NCBI RefSeq assembly: GCF_000150275.1
Contig: NW_002060951.1
Span: 2,256,323-2,320,322 of the forward strand
Length of the DNA stretch: 64,000 nucleotides
From: Trichoplax adhaerens
Lineage: Eukaryota > Animalia > Placozoa
Reading direction: 5' to 3'
The position numbers and the translations under genes are program-made. This document shows, in pieces, positions 21,068 to 34,745 of the stretch. Under the pieces are notes generated by a model. That model was not told where the DNA came from, did no database searches, and saw nothing but the letters and a program-made list of their open reading frames with translations. Numbering within the stretch: the stretch's first letter is position 1; the number at the start of each line of letters is the position of its first letter.

Positions 21068-21768
21068 TCATTTGATGTGATATTACCTGATTAATGCGAA
21101 ATACAACTAATATAAAGATTTTTAATAGCTTTGTTTACCAATGTATAAAGCTATTCAAGATATATTTTTGGTTATTGCTAAAAATTTACCTGGCTTATTA
21201 TCTATCATAATAATCCAGGATAGTTGGTATGACTTTGTATTTATGTATTGGACCGTTTAGCATTTAAGGTAGATTTCATGTGAAAGGTTCCTAAACTTGA
21301 ATGTAGGAAACTGCATTTGAAAGGATGAGACACATTAAATATGAAAAGCACGCTTAATCAATTCATAGTTCCCATCATTTAGTGTTTAAACAGTTCGTGC
21401 GTGGCCACTGAAAAATTCTTGGAATTGTTCCATGAATCAGGGTTTGTCCAGTTGACCCATCTTTTCTTTTCTAGATGTTTATTAGTCATTTTAGCTGCAA
21501 TTAACATCTGTTAATAAAGCACCACCTTGATCCAATTAGACTAATTTATATCATTTTAATCATAACCAACTCATAATCCGCCACAACGGTTGATCAAATC
21601 TATTCTAAAAGTATTTAGACCGCAGCTTTCACCTTATATTTACATGTGTGCCTTAGCTGAAGAACTAATAAGCATAGAATTGCGGCGAAACAAAAAACAA
21701 CGTGCCGTATCTTCAAGTACAAAAGCTAAAAATAATTCAGTGATATTATGTTATTACAAAAGATTTCA

Positions 21769-23295
21769 TTATTGGATAATCTTATAGTTCTGCCGAGGTT
21801 CATTAAGAAGAATCCCATTTCTCCGGAAAGCTCTGATAAATGCAACAGTCTACGAAGAAGGAAATTAAAACATTGTGAATGATATAAGCAACTATATCAA
21901 AGAATCACAGTTGCAAAATTTGCATAGTTTACAAAGCGAACAGAAATTTACGTTAATATTACTAGTTAAGAGTACACTATGCACTGAGAAGCAGTAAATT
22001 GATGATTACCTTTTTACTTCGTTGTTTTGTCAAGATACGGTCAACAATTAATCGTTCGATACCTGCCGCATGACATCGTTGTGCAAGCACACGACCAATA
22101 TTTTCTGCTGCAGCTACGTCGCTAGTTTTATATAAATGCCTTGCTATTGGAAATTCTTTCGTAGAAGCACTAGCAACCCGATGTCCATCTCGATGGCATA
22201 CATAAGCACTGATGTGCCAGTTGGAAATTTCCAAATGTGCTCTGAAAGGGATTATATTTCGCAGATCAGTATTACGTAGCATACACTATCCTGTCGAATA
22301 AGTTCATATAGTAAACGGGGTGCAATGAACATAGATCGCTGAAGTACAGTTTTATAGCCTTTTAAGGACACGTATTGCGTATTTTTTCTCGGTATAGAGC
22401 TGCAGCCCCTAATTCAATTTCTCATCTACAGTAGATGGTTATAACACTGCACCGAGGGTTATTTCTTTAATTCACCGTTATAAGCACACGCTTTAACGTT
22501 AAAAGGCAACAAGGGATCCACTTGCACTCCGAAATATTGAGCCAACATTTAGTTAAAGTGCAGAGCTGTGCTTATTACAGTGTACGAGATAAATTACGCA
22601 CACTGCATGTTGCACTATATTTACAGTGCGTTTATCATCAGTCCGTTAAGTTCAAACTTCGAAGTACGCGTTTGTATAATTTAGGATTAAGCTACTAGCC
22701 AATAAAATCAGTATACGCGTAAAAGTCATTTATCTTGATGAGATAAGTACTGTACTGTAACATAATACTACATGGTGTTTGTAAGATCTCACTACCTTGT
22801 TATGTTGATAGCAAATAGTTCAAATAGTAGGTTTAACTAATTATAGTACAGCATAGTATTACAGTATCCTCTTTCCATGTGTCAGCAGAACCCCATAATC
22901 ACATTGCACGGTGAATTAATACTGAATCTTTCATTAGACTCTACATTTGCATCAAAGTGTAAAAAATTAGGATCAGATTCTTACTTGTGGTAATAGTCCT
23001 GCCTTATCGGATTTGTTCCATAACCTCTTGCCTTCGGTGCTAAGGCCATCAATTCTAAATTACGCGGATTACGATTATTAAAAACGGTAGCATATTTTAA
23101 TTGTTTCGTCCCATCTTCTTTATCCATCATATCATCACTTGAGGAATACTTTGCAGCTGGTTTCAATGTGTTTGCTATAGTGCTTGTCGAAAGTGCCCGA
23201 TAACCAAAGAACATCGTATTTGAAATGTTCATGAGCAATCGATGACCTATGCAAGTCGGTAGCGAAGACATTTCTATACCATTAGTACTAGACAC
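21769..23295 (-). CDS. MRPL18: Mitochondrial ribosomal protein L18 (MRPL18; uL18m)-like. Exons 22985..23295, 22010..22241, 21769..21849 (624 nt, 207 aa)
   Basis: Exon 1 reads M...FNNRNPRNLELMALAPKARGYGTNPIRQDYYH, which has the conserved NRNPRNLE motif. Exon 2 reads [68 protein letters not shown]...KK. This is the uL18 core, matching human ...[39 protein letters not shown]. Exon 3 reads TVAFIRAFRRNGILLNEPRQNYKIIQ*, matching human EGGVVLREPQRIYE. The donors are caa|gtaaga and aag|gtaatc, and both acceptors are pyrimidine-rich. Confidence 0.75.
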
Positions 23296-23827
23296 AGTTG
23301 ATAAAATTGGATAAAGCAGAACACAAATTCACAACAGCGGAAGCAGCAATCTACACGACTTTGCTCCTTGCAATGAAATAAAGCTAGACCCACCCGGACT
23401 ACGCTAAACCAGCTTTTAACAGTACAGTTGCAGTTGTGCCGTAACCGTAGCCAGCAGACTGGCTGGCAGGTTGCGGTGCTGTGGTAGTGCGGACGGATGG
23501 ACAGTGAGTACTGTACAGCGTGTATGGGTGCTTACATTAAATTTGGATCATTCAACAATAACTAAATGAGCACCAACAAAAATGGTCGATTCGCAATAGT
23601 TACAGGGAAATTAATCCTACAATACTAAAGTTATAGGCTGCAGAAGTTTTGATAAGTGTACAGTTCAATGTACAACGTGAAGAATTTCAATCCAGATTTT
23701 TCAAAATGAAATAAAGTGGCCGAAAATTGATCGACTTTATTTAAATTTTATATAAATCATACATATAAAGTTTGTTTTACAGGTTTTATTTCGAAAATAA
23801 ACCATAAAAATATGCACTGATTACTCT

Positions 23828-23995
23828 ACTGTACAGTAGAAAAGAAATCCTACACAATGTAGAGTTTACAGTGTACAGTACAGTACAGGCTAAAAAATGA
23901 TCGAAGAGGATCTCCCGCTTGGCAAGGAGTTTTTACTGGCATTATACGCCAGCATATTGTACAGTGTACACTCGGTGTAGGGTACAGTGTATAAG
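23828..23995. repeat. GTAC palindromic array upstream of MRPL18 (a minus-strand gene whose ATG is at 23295)
   Basis: The sequence reads tactgtacagtag...cagtgtacagtacagtacagg...tgtacagtgtacac...gggtacagtgtat. Confidence 0.6.
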
Positions 23996-25142
23996 AATAT
24001 TTAAACACAAGGCAATATATAGTACTGCCACAGTAATACGAGTATGTCACTTTAGCTTACCAATGTCAATTTCTATCATGAAATAAATAGCTTCTATATT
24101 ACTATAGTATATCACGGTTAGTTTAAACTAGCCCATTCGTATATGGAACATAGCTGTTGTACGTATGTCGGTTACTGCCAGTAATAATTTTTTTTGATGA
24201 GTGAATTCATTAAAAATCGTACTTTAGCAGTATAAGAATCAAAGCATTATTACTGATAATTAATCTACAAAAAAAAGATTTTATTCCCTGTCCATTCTGT
24301 GCATTTAATAGCTTTAATAGTTTTAATCAATGGTGAGATATTAAAGGTATTACAGAGCAGTTTCGGGAACTTCAGATTTCTTTTCAGAAATCCTTGGAAT
24401 CACTTTGAACCTTTTAATTTCCTCCATAACTGGCATACCAATTTTGATTGATGGGTACTTTAAACGCTACTTGCAATTGCGATCAATGTCCTCTAGAAAG
24501 CAGCATAACATGAGCTTCACTAAGAACCAAATATTCTACAATAGTTAAATAACGTAGGAAAATAGTTATTTTTATGTCGACACAAACATTTTCGATCACT
24601 AAATCTTGAAAATTTAAAATATAATTAAATAAAAGTAAGCGTAACTAAAAGAGTAGCGGCATTAGTTCATGAGTTAAATGAATATTTTAATTCAAGTTGT
24701 AAGTGGATTGTAGTGATTCATTCTTCAAAATGTATGACGTTCTCCTGAACACATTTACCTTAGCACGCCAATACCATCTTGCGGTTCGATTTTTACCACT
24801 ATGATTGGTCGATTGCGTTGTCATGATAATGTGTTCATTGATTAACATAAATATTTAGAAAATGAATAATATATTATATCGCCCACCGTCTTTAGTTTTG
24901 GCATGCTATTGTCTTCTCGTGAGACAGCCCAAATATTTTGCATGGATACAGTATATAGTACTGTAGTCATAATAATATTAAACAGTAATATTCCTTTCTT
25001 TTTTATAATCTTAAGCAATATCCAGTATTTAGTGATCAGTCACTGTCAATTTTATCGATTAGTTATCGGTACACGCTTGATGATATAGTGTAATTTTTTA
25101 ATTTCGTCTTTTCTCTCAGTAATTGCGAAGTAAATTACTATT

Positions 25143-28100
25143 ATGCCGAATACCGACATGGAAGAGCCGATGCAAGAACCAGATGAAACAAAGCCTAGCC
25201 TCACTCGAGCCTTAAGTATATCAGACGTATACCAAGTTGCTGCTGATATCGGCCGTGACTTTGAGACTATAGCCCAAAAATATGGCCAGGACATAATTTT
25301 TGATTTAATGCCTAAAGTCATAGGAACGTTGGAAAATATGGAAAAACTTGTGAATCAACAAAGTTCCGAACATAAACTCATTGAGCAATTAAATGTAGAA
25401 AATGATAGATTAAAATTTGAACATAAAAAGGAATTATCTAATAGAAAGAAAGTTGAAGATGTAAGTACCATTTCACTATTAATTTGCCATTTTAATATCA
25501 ATCTAAGCGTAAGACGAGAGAACACAGCAGCCTTATGTAGCAAATACACAGTATTGTCAACAAATGGTATTATGATACCAAACATCGGATCAATAAAGTA
25601 GACCAAGCCCATTCCAAAAATGCAGGGTACTTTGAGGTTAAAGATAGGAATTAAAGCCAACGCACGTCTTTTACTTGAAATATGATAATACCTATACGAT
25701 TATCCTAGTTTGAGACATTGTAAACTAGCACCAGATGTAGATATTAGTGTAATCAAAACATTAATAAGGCCGTTGGTTCATGCCTAAGGCCAAATATTAA
25801 ACCATATTTGATGACGAAACGGATAAAACTCTAATTAAACATTCGTATGACTGTATCCATCGAGCTTAAGCTTCATTCAAACTGTTATTAATTAGTTGCA
25901 CCATACATATATTAGATATGCCACCGTTTTCATTTATAGTTTGCATCAACAGTACTTTTATCTGTTACAGTAGTCGTAATCTTTCATTTCTGATTCCTCG
26001 TAATTACCATCCGGATTAGTTCTAGATCATGATTTTTTAAAATATAACTGATAGCCAGCCATCACGGAAATATGCTATTTAGCCAGTATAACGCAGACAT
26101 CAGTGAAGCGATAATGTATTTGCAGATAATACACATGCACCAGCGACAGTAATACTGACTGAATTAAAGAATACGTTTACTATATTTTTATTGCTATGGT
26201 ATAATAACGTTATGAGTACATTAGTTTGATATAAGTAGCGTTATGATCGTGTTCAATTGTAATTATTATTAGTTCATATAAAATAGACACTTGCATTAAA
26301 ATGTAATGTAGGATATCAAAGTTATTATCCTAGATTTGTTTCATACTACAGAATATAGAGAGTAATATATAATTGGAATGAGAAGAGATAGATATTAGAA
26401 TCTTATCATACCGTTAAAAAGAACCCTCAGTTAGATAATTAAATATTCAATATTATTTGTGAATCTTAATCTAAATAAGATCCTTTTAGCTTAACATGAA
26501 TATCTTTCATTAATGCAATAACTTAGCAAGCACTTTGCAATTGAACAACGTAGTGATGAAAAATTATGATTTTTAAGAACATCAATAATTTAAAGCATTC
26601 CAAAATAATGTAAATTAAATTAATCTGCCTATCGCTGCAATATTTCATTTTCGAATTTCTGTTACATGATATTATAGAATTAGATAGACAAAAATATCAC
26701 TAATGGCGCCTTTAATTAAACGTGTATGCCTTACAATACTTTATTTAGCACTGCAATGAAATCGAAATTTTAAGTATTAATCTAGAATAATAATTAACGC
26801 TATAGATCTCTTTTATTTTACTTGATGTAAAAATGTATATAATAATCCCAATCTTTTATTAAGGAGAGTGTACCGTAATTAGTAACATACGCTTCATTCT
26901 CAACAAAGCAAGCGGTATTGAATGATTATTCGAAATAAAAGATTTACCGGTACGGAAGTACCTAGTAAGTTCATATATTATATTTTATAACCAGTTTTAG
27001 CTTTGTAATTAATTTTATTTTGCACATCTATGAGATATTTCGGACTTCTGCATATAATTCAGGATGTGAAAGGACATTAAGATTTACAACCGCGTAAAAT
27101 CACATGATAAAATGTTTTCTGTTCAAAAAAATTTATCGGAGACTTACTCTATGTTATTTAATGTAACACAAATAAAATTGTTGGTAATGAATGGCCATAT
27201 TTTACAATACGACATAATGACCAAGTGTCATACATGAGTTACGTAACTACGCTATAATAATATTTTCAATGCCCTATTTCACCACCGTACGGTACTTGCA
27301 CAAGCGGTAGTTCAATGGTTTCAAAATTGCTTACTAATTAATGTATAGTATTGGCATAAAAATGGCTCACTAGCTTCTATAAATTAATTAATCATTATTT
27401 ACGAATAACTTCTTAAATGATAATTTACAATTAGTCAAGACTATTGCAGTAATGCATTTGTCTTTATCTTTAATATTTAAAACTTTATATTTTTCTTCCG
27501 AAATGAATTTATTTGGTACCTTAAAAGATTTTAAGATGAATTGATGCAGTAAATTTTATGAGAATTCATAGGGCGTCAGTAGTTTATCAATTTTCTTCAA
27601 ATGTAGAATATTATCATCTACCGTATAACTCCAAAAGTATACACGTAGGTCTTATACCTTATTTAATGTCCGGTGTAGGTTAAAAACATATGTCGGCAAT
27701 AGAGATTGGATACTGGCTTAGTCAAGATTCTATGAAGTCTATATTGTTGTCTGATAGTAATCATAACTTAGGTTTATACAGCAACAATTGAGATTTAATA
27801 AAATTCTAAATTAAGGGCAATCGTAAGAAATGACCAAATGACATCTTATGCAACTTATCCTCCCAGTTTTGTTATGGAATATCTACCATACAAAATTTAT
27901 TTACTCTAATATCGTCGTGTATCCGTGTCATTTTCTAAAGGGCTTGCTTAAAATTTTTAAGAAATTGGATGACAGTTATATAAATCCTAAATCTTAAGAT
28001 CGCATAAGGATTATGGAAACTAATGAATTCTACCACAATTCTCGCGGATTTCTAAGCAGATAATTAAACGAGCAAAGGATGTTTGGGTTTTAACATCTAT

Positions 28101-29649
28101 TAGAAACTTTTGTTTTATTATAATTTCTCAATATAAATATTTTACTCTATGGTTCCAAGATAGTAACATATCGTTGCATTGTTTTATTATGAAAGAAATT
28201 TACCGATTGATTGCGTTGTGATTTGGAAATTGTGGTTATTTATGACTATCTTAAGAAGAAATAGAGTATAGCGATCACCGTAAATAACGAATTACCATAT
28301 TGTTACACTTATTGAATATCATTAAGAGAAAAAATCGCTACTATGTGTACATAAGAGGGCTTTAAACTTATACTATTTCCAACGTTTATGATTCAGGAAC
28401 TTCTCCAGCAACAGCAACTTAGGTTAAAAGACGCTGAGGTCTTACGTGATAAAATTGCAAGTCTGATTAGCGATAATAAGCGTCTTAATGAGAAACTTGT
28501 AGACATGAAGAAAGAAGGATACCAAGCTGAGGCTAGCAGAGGTAAATCTAGTCTAGTGACATTATCCCATGATATCTAGCCAACAGAATACGCAAACAAA
28601 TACACCTGAATTCATCCACTTTATCTGTCATAGGCTAAATTTCGTAAGAATGACAACTCTTTAACATGTTACTATATGGAATAACAAACTAGACGACTGA
28701 AAAATGCAGACTAAATAATACATTATCATAGTCTAATTGATTATTGGATAAATTAAAGGGATATTACCTTATGTTTATTTCTCATTCTTTTATAATAGCT
28801 GCAGTGGATGAAGTTACTCTTCAGAGATTAAAAAGTGTCATTGAAAAACAAAAAGATATTATTAGAACAAAAGAGAAAGAACTGACTCGTTTAAAGGAGG
28901 AATTGGAAGTTGTGAGTTCTTCACTATTCGTATATCCAAATTATATTACGGTAGAGTATAAGTATTAGATGAAGACCCTAGTTTTTCGACAGCATCCTAA
29001 ATCTACAAGGAATATTAAGTATGCAAATATCAATAAATTACTTTATCAAATCCATATTCATATTCTTTGCAGACTCAATCACAAGGAGACCAAGTATTGC
29101 AACTCAATCAAGAGCTTCGTAAACGGTGCGATGAGCTACAGGAGCGTGTGGAAACACTAAAAGTTAAAAAACATAGTATGAAAGAGCAAGTAGCTGAGAT
29201 CACACAAAAAATGTCTGCTGCAATATTATCACACGAAAAATGGGAGAATGAACAAGAAAATGAAAAAATTATTAGCACAAGGAAAGAGAGTGAAGGTTCA
29301 TCTCCTGAATGTGAAAAGGTAAAACACATTTCTATCGCTTGTTACTTAACTTTGATAAGCTGCGAACAGAAAGTTTAAAAAATATCTATCCCATGGTATG
29401 AATGACCAATTTTTTTACATAATCGTTAAGCTCTAGCAATATTTAGGTTACTTTAGCTTCAATTCCAGCTAAATACTTCTTGTTCATTACTCGTTATAGT
29501 ATTCGTGGTCAGGGTCTGATATTGACACACCAAGCAACGATATTAACCACATTATCAAGCAACGTGATCACTATAAATCTATGGTCGCAGATATAAGCAT
29601 TGAACTAGAAGATTTAAGGCAAAAATTAATTCGATCAGAATCAGAGTAA
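25143..29649 (+). CDS. RILPL1: RILP-like protein (RILPL1-like; RH1 and RH2 domains with coiled coil). Exons 25143..25460, 28397..28541, 28799..28911, 29073..29318, 29500..29649 (972 nt, 323 aa). Intron 1 is 2.9 kb
   Basis: The exon 1 RH1 domain reads ...ISDVYQVAADIGRDFETIAQKYGQDIIFDLMPKVIGTLENMEKLVN...RLKFEHKKEL, matching human RILPL1 VMDVYDIASLVGHEFERVIDQHGCEAIARLMPKVVRVLEILE...LRLERMDRIEKERK. The coiled-coil exons read LQRLKSVIEKQKDIIRTKEKELTRLKEELEV, matching human KKLKEVVDKQRDEIRAKDRELGLKNEDVE. The C-terminal RH2-like exon reads DIDTPSNDINHIIKQRDHYKSMVADISIELEDLRQKLIRSESE*, matching human FTLQELRDVLHERNELKSKVFLLQEELAYYKS. All junctions are GT-AG and phase-consistent. The final acceptor at 29498-29499 was chosen because it is the only one compatible with the phase. 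Confidence 0.7.
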
Positions 29650-30493
29650 GCAATTATCTAATCATGGTCTTATTCATTAAATACAATAAATTATACTGAA
29701 TATCAGCCTTGTATTCGTATACTAAAGGATGTATATTAATCTATAACATTTAGTTGAAGGCTGACATTTTATTGGATCTATCATAAATCAGTAGGCAAGA
29801 TATCAACTATTTTTTACGTATAATTTAGGTTAAATTTACTGAAACTCCGATTTTCAACACCTTCCAATCGCAAATCTACTGAATATATCAAGGCTAATCA
29901 GAGCGGAGGAATTCGAGGATTGTACGTAGTAATAATTGCTGATTTTACTACTACTGATAATCGTGTACGTAGTTTATTTCTACTTCTGCAGCAGTGCTCA
30001 GACTAATCTTAAAAAGTCTTAGGCATACGAGTATATTGATAGATCTGTGAGGTGCTACAGTATATGAGCTACTATAGCAATAGTCTCGTGTGCTTGTTAT
30101 GCTTTTAAATGTGTTAATATATATATACACTTACTGATCAGTGTTCTTTAGTAAATGCATCATAATAATCAAGTGATAAATATAAAGGTATAAATTAACA
30201 TTTATGCTATAGCAAGATACGTTTAAATTATATATAGATAGTATGAATAGTTATAAAGCTATCTAGAATTAGTAAATGGAGCAAGATGCAGTATAATTGC
30301 AAAGTTAATGGGCATGGTTAATTATTATACCGTGAAGTTTTTGAGTTTAACTACACCTTTGGCTAAAAATTTGATATTTGAATATAATTATAACTATAGC
30401 TGTAAAGATACATGTTAAGCTAAGTTAATAATCTTAAATTGATAGCTATAACTAGCTTCTTGGTATCAAGTTTTTAGTACGCAAATTTAACTA

Positions 30494-31159
30494 ATGATAT
30501 CGCACTTTAGTTTTAAGATGTTTAATGCTAAACATCAAACGGAAATCTCAGAAGGCAACAAAAGCTCAGAAGTTATTAGCCACAGCAATCAAAACAGTCA
30601 AAAATCTTCTCCTATCATTATGAAACGTCACTTTGCCTCGCCAGCTACCAGACAATCTACACCGAACCTAGCGTCTGAGTCTAAACCTCGCCGATTTAGT
30701 TTTGACCGAAGTGTATTTTCATTACGTTCTTCTCCAAGAGCAACGAAAAAACAGTCTGACGAAGCAGTGATAATTGGTGATGGTAATCCTAATAGCAACA
30801 AAAACGGCAGTAAGCCATCAAGCAAAAAGTCTATAAAGAGCTTAAGTACAGTTAGTGTAAATCAACCTTCTACTAGTAAACCGAAGATGACAAGATCAAC
30901 TTCAATAGAACATTATATGTCGAAATTTGGGCATCGAAAATTAACTCGTCAAGATGCGTCTGATTTAATGAACCCTAATGCAGATTTCGAAGATAATACC
31001 CAATCAAGTCGTCAGATGCGATACGAATCGATGCAACTTATTGCACAATCTTTTGATAACGATTCTATTGTTATATCGCACTTCGATAGTAATTCAAACA
31101 GCAGCAATGAAAATCAAGACATTCAAGATAAGAGCGGTTGCAGTCCATCAAGTCTGTGA
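30494..31159 (+). CDS. Open reading frame for a Ser/Asn/Lys-rich, apparently disordered protein (221 aa). It may be an exon of a larger gene. Identity unknown
   Basis: A 666-nt ORF with no stop, in a genome where random ORFs of this length are rare at about 67% AT. The predicted protein is low-complexity (SSPIIMKRHFASPATRQSTPNLASESKPRRFSFDRS...SNSNSSNENQDIQDKS). I do not recognise a conserved domain. Confidence 0.3.
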   Translation: MISHFSFKMFNAKHQTEISEGNKSSEVISHSNQNSQKSSPIIMKRHFASPATRQSTPNLASESKPRRFSFDRSVFSLRSSPRATKKQSDEAVIIGDGNPNSNKNGSKPSSKKSIKSLSTVSVNQPSTSKPKMTRSTSIEHYMSKFGHRKLTRQDASDLMNPNADFEDNTQSSRQMRYESMQLIAQSFDNDSIVISHFDSNSNSSNENQDIQDKSGCSPSSL

Positions 31160-33590
31160 ATTATGGCTTTAGTGAGCGAAACTAAAATCAAATTAGGCCG
31201 CATGTTTTATATATCATTAATTTTGTATACGGTACTCAGTAAAAATGGCTACTGAATTTCTTCGGTGGTCTGTACTTGTAATCATATCAGCGAGGACACT
31301 TGCAATTCAAATTACCGTATTATAGTGTTTGCAGAGCGTTCATGTATTGTTTGTAATATGCACATAGCGAAAACGCTTTCGATGCCTTCAGTGCAATTCT
31401 ATTATTACATTAGTAGATTAACATTGGCTATTATAACCAGAACGAATGATCACGTAATAGGTAATCATCGCCTAATCTGAAAAATCTTATGCTAAGACTA
31501 GCCAAGACTATGAAATTTGTCACATTAATTAATATGGCAAATTAGATTTGAACAGTAATTAAATATTCATGGATGAAATATCAAAAGCTGGAATAATACT
31601 TTTATAAAATGTAAAATCTATACGATTTTTAGTTCTAGAGTTTAAAATTTATGGCTGGCGTAACAATAATGCAGCTTATAGTTGAATGTATTTATCAATT
31701 CGTGTATCTCAGCTTTTATAAAAATAAGAATGCCGATACATCTTCATCTTTTCACGGCAGTCGTCCTGTTGATAAAACGAGATTTTGCGCATTCATATAT
31801 GCCTGTTATTATAAAAGCACTTTTCTAAATGTTTATAAATTGGAAATATAATTTATGTATCGGCTAGAGTTTGCTGAGCAAACCTAGTGTAAAGTTATAC
31901 TCTACGGAATTAGTGATATCTATTCTTTACTTTGGGTGTTTGTGTAACGAAGTCGATGTACCGTCTTTAAAATGTTACGAATGTCTAGTGCTATTTATTT
32001 AATATCGTTTTCTTAGGAAATGTTTGTTTATTATTTGTATAAAATAGCTATCACAGCTTAATAAATTATCACTTTAATAGCACTTTAGTTAGAAAAGATT
32101 TATAATAATTACGTATTTAGTAAAATGTAAACGTATACCACAATTTCACTATCTTGGAGAAGATTTGACAGTGCAATAGTTCAGTGAAATATTCACAATA
32201 ACAACTGCAAATAGGCTTTCCTTTTTCAAATTGTTGCCAATATCAATTTGATAATTAGTGACGCTGTCGTTACAACGATTACAGCGCATGATTACACTGC
32301 TTTCGGTAAGATGATTATTTGGAAAGTTGGGATTGTATTGATATTTTATCTGCTCTCAGCACATATTTGTATTATATTCGAAAGTTTCTTTTGTAGATTA
32401 GGCCAGAGACAGTTTTAGAATGCAATTTTGATATGTTCTCCATATGACTTACGGCAGCTTTAGCTTTGTAGTCCATCTGTGAGACCTACCGCTAAATCAT
32501 TTGTAATAGTTAACTTGGGTCAATCAAATTTTTGTACTATGTAGCAATATTTTCCACCTGATCGCCTAGTATTATTAATTTGAGTTCAAAAGGTATTAAA
32601 GCAGATATCCAATACTTTAAATAATCAATATAAGAAATATTTAAATGTGTCGAATAACCTATCTTTAGAATACCTTCATTGGTAAGGTATTAGTTCGACA
32701 TACGATTTAGCAAGGCGATGATGATGGTCCTGGCACTATAGTCTGGCACAATAGTTAATTAATCAAAGAATAATCACTGGATTTCTTAAGATGAACTTCG
32801 CTCTAATTGGATTGCTATTTGGCTCATTTGTTTCGCTACATTATGTTATTGCTTAGTCAAGGATATTGCTACTTTAGCTCCTACAGCAACGAAGCAGTAG
32901 TTAGCAGTTAGTGAGGATCTCAGGATGAATTTCATTTACATGGGTATTCGATAAATCCTGTTTTGCTATAATGTAATACTATTTAGTACCCTAGCTACTT
33001 TAAGAATTTCAATTCTATATAAAGTGATGCAGAAGATGGAGTTAATCAATTAAATCATTAAAATATTTGATTTTTATCCATTCCAAATAAGATTTAATAG
33101 AACATTAAAAGATTTTCTGGTAATTTATGTAACCATTTCGCTAGACATGGATATAATGGATATACACTTTATGTTGTACAAAATAGTGTTATCACCATCT
33201 ACACAGTAAATATAAAACGTGCTAATTAGAACAAAATTCAAATACTATTTATAAAATATATGGATACTTGTATAACCACATATACAGTCTGACTAGTCAT
33301 GGTTCAATCTATACGCGTATTTCTGTCATGCTACTCTGGATCATTTTCTGCACACGAATGTTATAAGCGATGTTTTGTTGAAATTTTAACATATCTGTAT
33401 AACTAAAGTGATATGTATATTGTACAGGATCAATTCTGATTCAATTTCGGCGTATGCTAGTCAGTATACTTGTCAAAATTTAGGGAAGAGATATATGACT
33501 CAAATTGTAAATGTCATATAAAAATTTTTTAATCGTTTTGTATCTAAGAAGCGGCAATACAACACAATTAGGTCAATTTCTAGTTGATCA

Positions 33591-33690
33591 TCATTTAGCA
33601 TTTATCTTTTTCCATTGCTCTTCAGTATAAGTCTTTTGCGAGAAGGCATGTATAGATTTTAATTCTTCTTCCAAGCAAGCATTAACCAAT
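33591..33690 (-). CDS. Possible terminal coding exon of an unidentified minus-strand gene. It encodes ...LVNACLEEELKSIHAFSQKTYTEEQWKKINAK*
   Basis: The acceptor ctcttacAG|ATTGG lies at 33691-33692. A 33-codon open frame ends at the TGA at 33591-33593. I found no upstream exons. Confidence 0.2.
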
Positions 33691-34461
33691 CTGTAAGAGT
33701 CAGAAAATATAGTCTTGGAGCTAGAAATCGATGCTATTTAAGAAATTAAGTTGTATTTTGCTAACAAAATTAGCATTCCGATCGATTAAGTTCATTAATA
33801 GTACATACTGAACTGTACACTGTACAGCATACGTATACAAAAAATGATAAATTAACCAACTACGATCTTTACTAGCAATTGCTTCCTCCTTAATTATCGT
33901 AAAATGCGAGGATTAAACTATAGTATAAGGTTGTGTTGATTTCTAGTTGAAAGGATTTTCAGCTAGACGGTGAATGTTACAATGTATCATTATGTGAATA
34001 ACTTAATATGCTGAATTATCGTCAAAGTAGTTTCTACTATACTTATATTACTTAACATTTATAAGGTACTGTACCTATGTCGTTGCAATAGCGGTTTTCC
34101 TTCAAATTTTTCCGAAACAATAATCACAGAGTAACTCGATCCACAGCCTCCAGAAATATCTTCTACTTTCTAAACACATTTTTATAATCAATGCTTAGTC
34201 AGCGGTTACAAATTACTTCCAATACCACACAATTACTAGTAGCACAGGATACACGATGCACATGAACACTTTAACGTTTAAATATGTTCATGTGTAAATA
34301 TTATAACAGATATAGTAAGTTATCTTACCACAAAAGAAGCATTTAATTCGTTTTTCAACTTATTTTCTATAGTATCTGCTGAAACTGACATAATTTCTTA
34401 AATAAGAATAATTTATCAATCTTCAAAAGTTATCTACTGTACCAGATGATGGACTACTAGA

Positions 34462-34730
34462 TACTGTACAGTACATCTGAACTCTGTACCTGGCTGTACA
34501 GTATGTACAGTACACTGTACTGTACACCTGTCGATGGTTAGAGCTCTTTGCAGTACTGTACTGTACTGTAATACAGTACAGTATACTGGAGCAGACCAGA
34601 CCATGAAGACCTCTAACAGTACAGTACAGTACAGTGTAGGGTTACAATACACTACTGTACAGTACAGTCAAGCGATCCCTTGTTAGTTTTGTACCGTGTA
34701 CAGTGTACAGTGTACAGTACTGTACTGTGC
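34462..34730. repeat. GTACT/GTACA palindromic array that abuts ORF 34746
   Basis: Runs include atactgtacagtacatctg, ggctgtacagtatgtacagtacactgtactgtacac, gcagtactgtactgtactgtaatacagtacagtatactg, acagtacagtacagtacagtgtag, actgtacagtacagtc and gtgtacagtgtacagtgtacagtactgtactgtg. Confidence 0.8.
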
Positions 34731-34745
34731 TCCATCTAAAGTAAT

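Noticed and set aside
25052-25660. Minus-strand ORFs 25052-25321 and 25355-25660
   Set aside because: They are antisense to RILPL1-like exon 1, which is conserved, and to its intron. No homology supports them.
31200-34400. Gene-poor AT-rich stretch
   Set aside because: No ORF longer than 70 codons with splice-site support was found. The only candidate is the short terminal exon at 33591-33690, which I report separately at low confidence.
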